This document shows positions 62,727-64,000 of a stretch of 64,000 nucleotides of DNA, one piece after another. Below the pieces are notes generated by a model. It was not told the origin of the DNA. It worked only from the letters and a program-made list of their open reading frames with translations, and searched no databases. Numbering within the stretch: the first letter of the stretch is position 1; the number at the start of each line of letters is the position of its first letter. Source of the stretch: a virus (taxonomy: Duplodnaviria > Caudoviricetes); IMG/VR virus record IMGVR_UViG_3300025410_000009; one strand, 5' to 3'. The translations under genes were made by a program, and so were the position numbers.

Positions 62727-63926
62727 ATGCCACGTCTCAGTCTCTGGCGGGAAAATTTCTCGAATGATTACAAATACATTGATCGCAACATCAGCGAACA
62801 ATTCACTGTGGGCGGAACTGGCGTATTGGTACACAAATACCTTGGCACCAAAACTGATCCAACTTCTAACAATGCCGAAATTCCCAATTACCCAAGTCAA
62901 AGTGCACAGAACATACAAGACTTGCTGTTTTTGGAAAACCGAGATCGCAAATACGATACCAGTGTGTACAGCATGCGCGGTATCTATCAAGTCAGTGACA
63001 GCGACTTTGACCTGACTCAGTTTGGTTTGTTCTTACAAACTGGAACTGTGTTTATGACCTTCCATATCAACGACATGGTGGCCACCTTGGGACGCAGAAT
63101 AATGAGCGGCGACGTGTTGGAACTCATGCACCTTAAAGACTACGAAGCATTGAATGATTTGCCAGTGGCCTTGAAACGTTTCTTTATTGTGGGCGACTGC
63201 AGTAAAAGTAGTGAAGGTTTTAGCCCCACTTGGTGGCCGCATTTGTGGCGTTGCAAAATCAGTCCGTTGGTGGACAGCCAAGAGTACAAAGACATCTTGA
63301 ACTTGGTAGAAACCACAACCGATGCTGCCGGCAACACAGTGCCTGTTGGTTCTTTGAGCACCTTGTTAAGCACCTACAACAAATACAGCAACATCAATGA
63401 TGCTGTGATTGCACAGGCCGAAGCCGACTTGCCAATGAGCGGTTACGACACCACAGTGATTTATGTCAAACCACTGACACTGAACACCCAAGGCAACATA
63501 GGAGATCCATTGGGACTAAGCGCAGACAATATTTCTACCATAGATGCATCGCTCACAACCATCAGCAGCGACAAGAGCATAGTAAGCCCAGATCAAAAGG
63601 TAAAAGGTTATCTAGCCGGCGACGGACTAGCACCAAACGGATTGCCAGTGGCATCGGGTATCGCGTTCCCACCAAATCCCATTGCCGGCGACTACTGCCT
63701 GCGTGTGGACTATTTGCCAAATCGACTGTTCAGATATGACGGCAACAGATGGACCAAGGTTGAAGATGCGGTGCGTACCAACCTTACACCCGGTGCCAGC
63801 GATAATCAAACTCAACGCAGCAAGTTTGTCAACAACACACGAACTCACACCAACAGTGGTGGCAACCAAGTACCTAATTTGCAGGGTCTTAGTAACGCAC
63901 TCAAACCGCAAGCGGATAATCTATGA
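62727..63926 (+). CDS. 14: Neck protein (T4 gp14-like)
   Basis: LFLENRDRKYD, DFDLTQFGL, GRRIMSGDVLEL; TAAATA at 62702-62707. Confidence 0.75.
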   Translation: MPRLSLWRENFSNDYKYIDRNISEQFTVGGTGVLVHKYLGTKTDPTSNNAEIPNYPSQSAQNIQDLLFLENRDRKYDTSVYSMRGIYQVSDSDFDLTQFGLFLQTGTVFMTFHINDMVATLGRRIMSGDVLELMHLKDYEALNDLPVALKRFFIVGDCSKSSEGFSPTWWPHLWRCKISPLVDSQEYKDILNLVETTTDAAGNTVPVGSLSTLLSTYNKYSNINDAVIAQAEADLPMSGYDTTVIYVKPLTLNTQGNIGDPLGLSADNISTIDASLTTISSDKSIVSPDQKVKGYLAGDGLAPNGLPVASGIAFPPNPIAGDYCLRVDYLPNRLFRYDGNRWTKVEDAVRTNLTPGASDNQTQRSKFVNNTRTHTNSGGNQVPNLQGLSNALKPQADNL

Positions 63927-64000
63927 CCACAGCCTATACCACTTTTTTCTACGATAGACAAATACGTAGATTCTTACAACAATTCATTCGAATGATCAGC
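63923..64000 (+). CDS. Partial tail terminator/sheath stabiliser (T4 gp15-like)
   Basis: MTTAYTTFFYDRQIRRFLQQFIR start, overlapping the gp14 stop. Confidence 0.6.
   Translation, partial: MTTAYTTFFYDRQIRRFLQQFIRMIS

Noticed and set aside
559-63957. Numerous short antisense or alternate-frame ORFs in the six-frame track (e.g. 559-894, 28032-28799, 33455-33922, 62145-62618)
   Set aside because: They lie opposite or inside well-supported genes and have no RBS or recognisable motifs.
1-64000. Stop-codon reassignment as in some large phages
   Set aside because: Conserved genes (nrdA/B, gp17, gp18, gp41, uvsX) are full length in the standard code, with tight stop/start coupling.
1-64000. CRISPR array
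   Set aside because: No regularly spaced direct repeats with unique spacers seen; the only tandem repeats are coding (16057-16137) or 9-bp doublets.

Overview
This window is a 64-kb fragment of a large T4-like (myovirus, probably jumbo) dsDNA phage genome. It uses the standard genetic code and is mostly encoded on the minus strand. The host is probably a proteobacterium, inferred from sigma70 consensus promoters, class Ia NrdAB/glutaredoxin and a proteobacterial-type IscU. Virion genes include neck gp13/gp14/gp15, sheath gp18, tube gp19, gp4, terminase, Mtd_N-type fibres and two cell-wall hydrolases. Replication and recombination genes include gp41, gp61, gp32, UvsX/Y/W, a clamp-loader subunit and a 193-aa minimal DnaE-like core. 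Accessory loci include a late-expressed sugar-modification operon, an ACP/desaturase/GNAT/PP-loop operon, QueC-like and IscU genes, and many proteins with T4 internal-protein-like N-termini. The standout feature, invisible to the ORF track, is a tRNA-Leu(UAA) split at the anticodon by a 213-nt ORF-less group I intron (IC3, Azoarcus/trnL-like). It is co-transcribed with tRNA-Ile2(CAU). Other RNA-level signals are a hairpin holding the late promoter in its loop in front of gp13, a pseudoknot-capable gp32 leader and several apparently leaderless mRNAs. All calls are from motif recognition and manual base-pairing; no database search was run.
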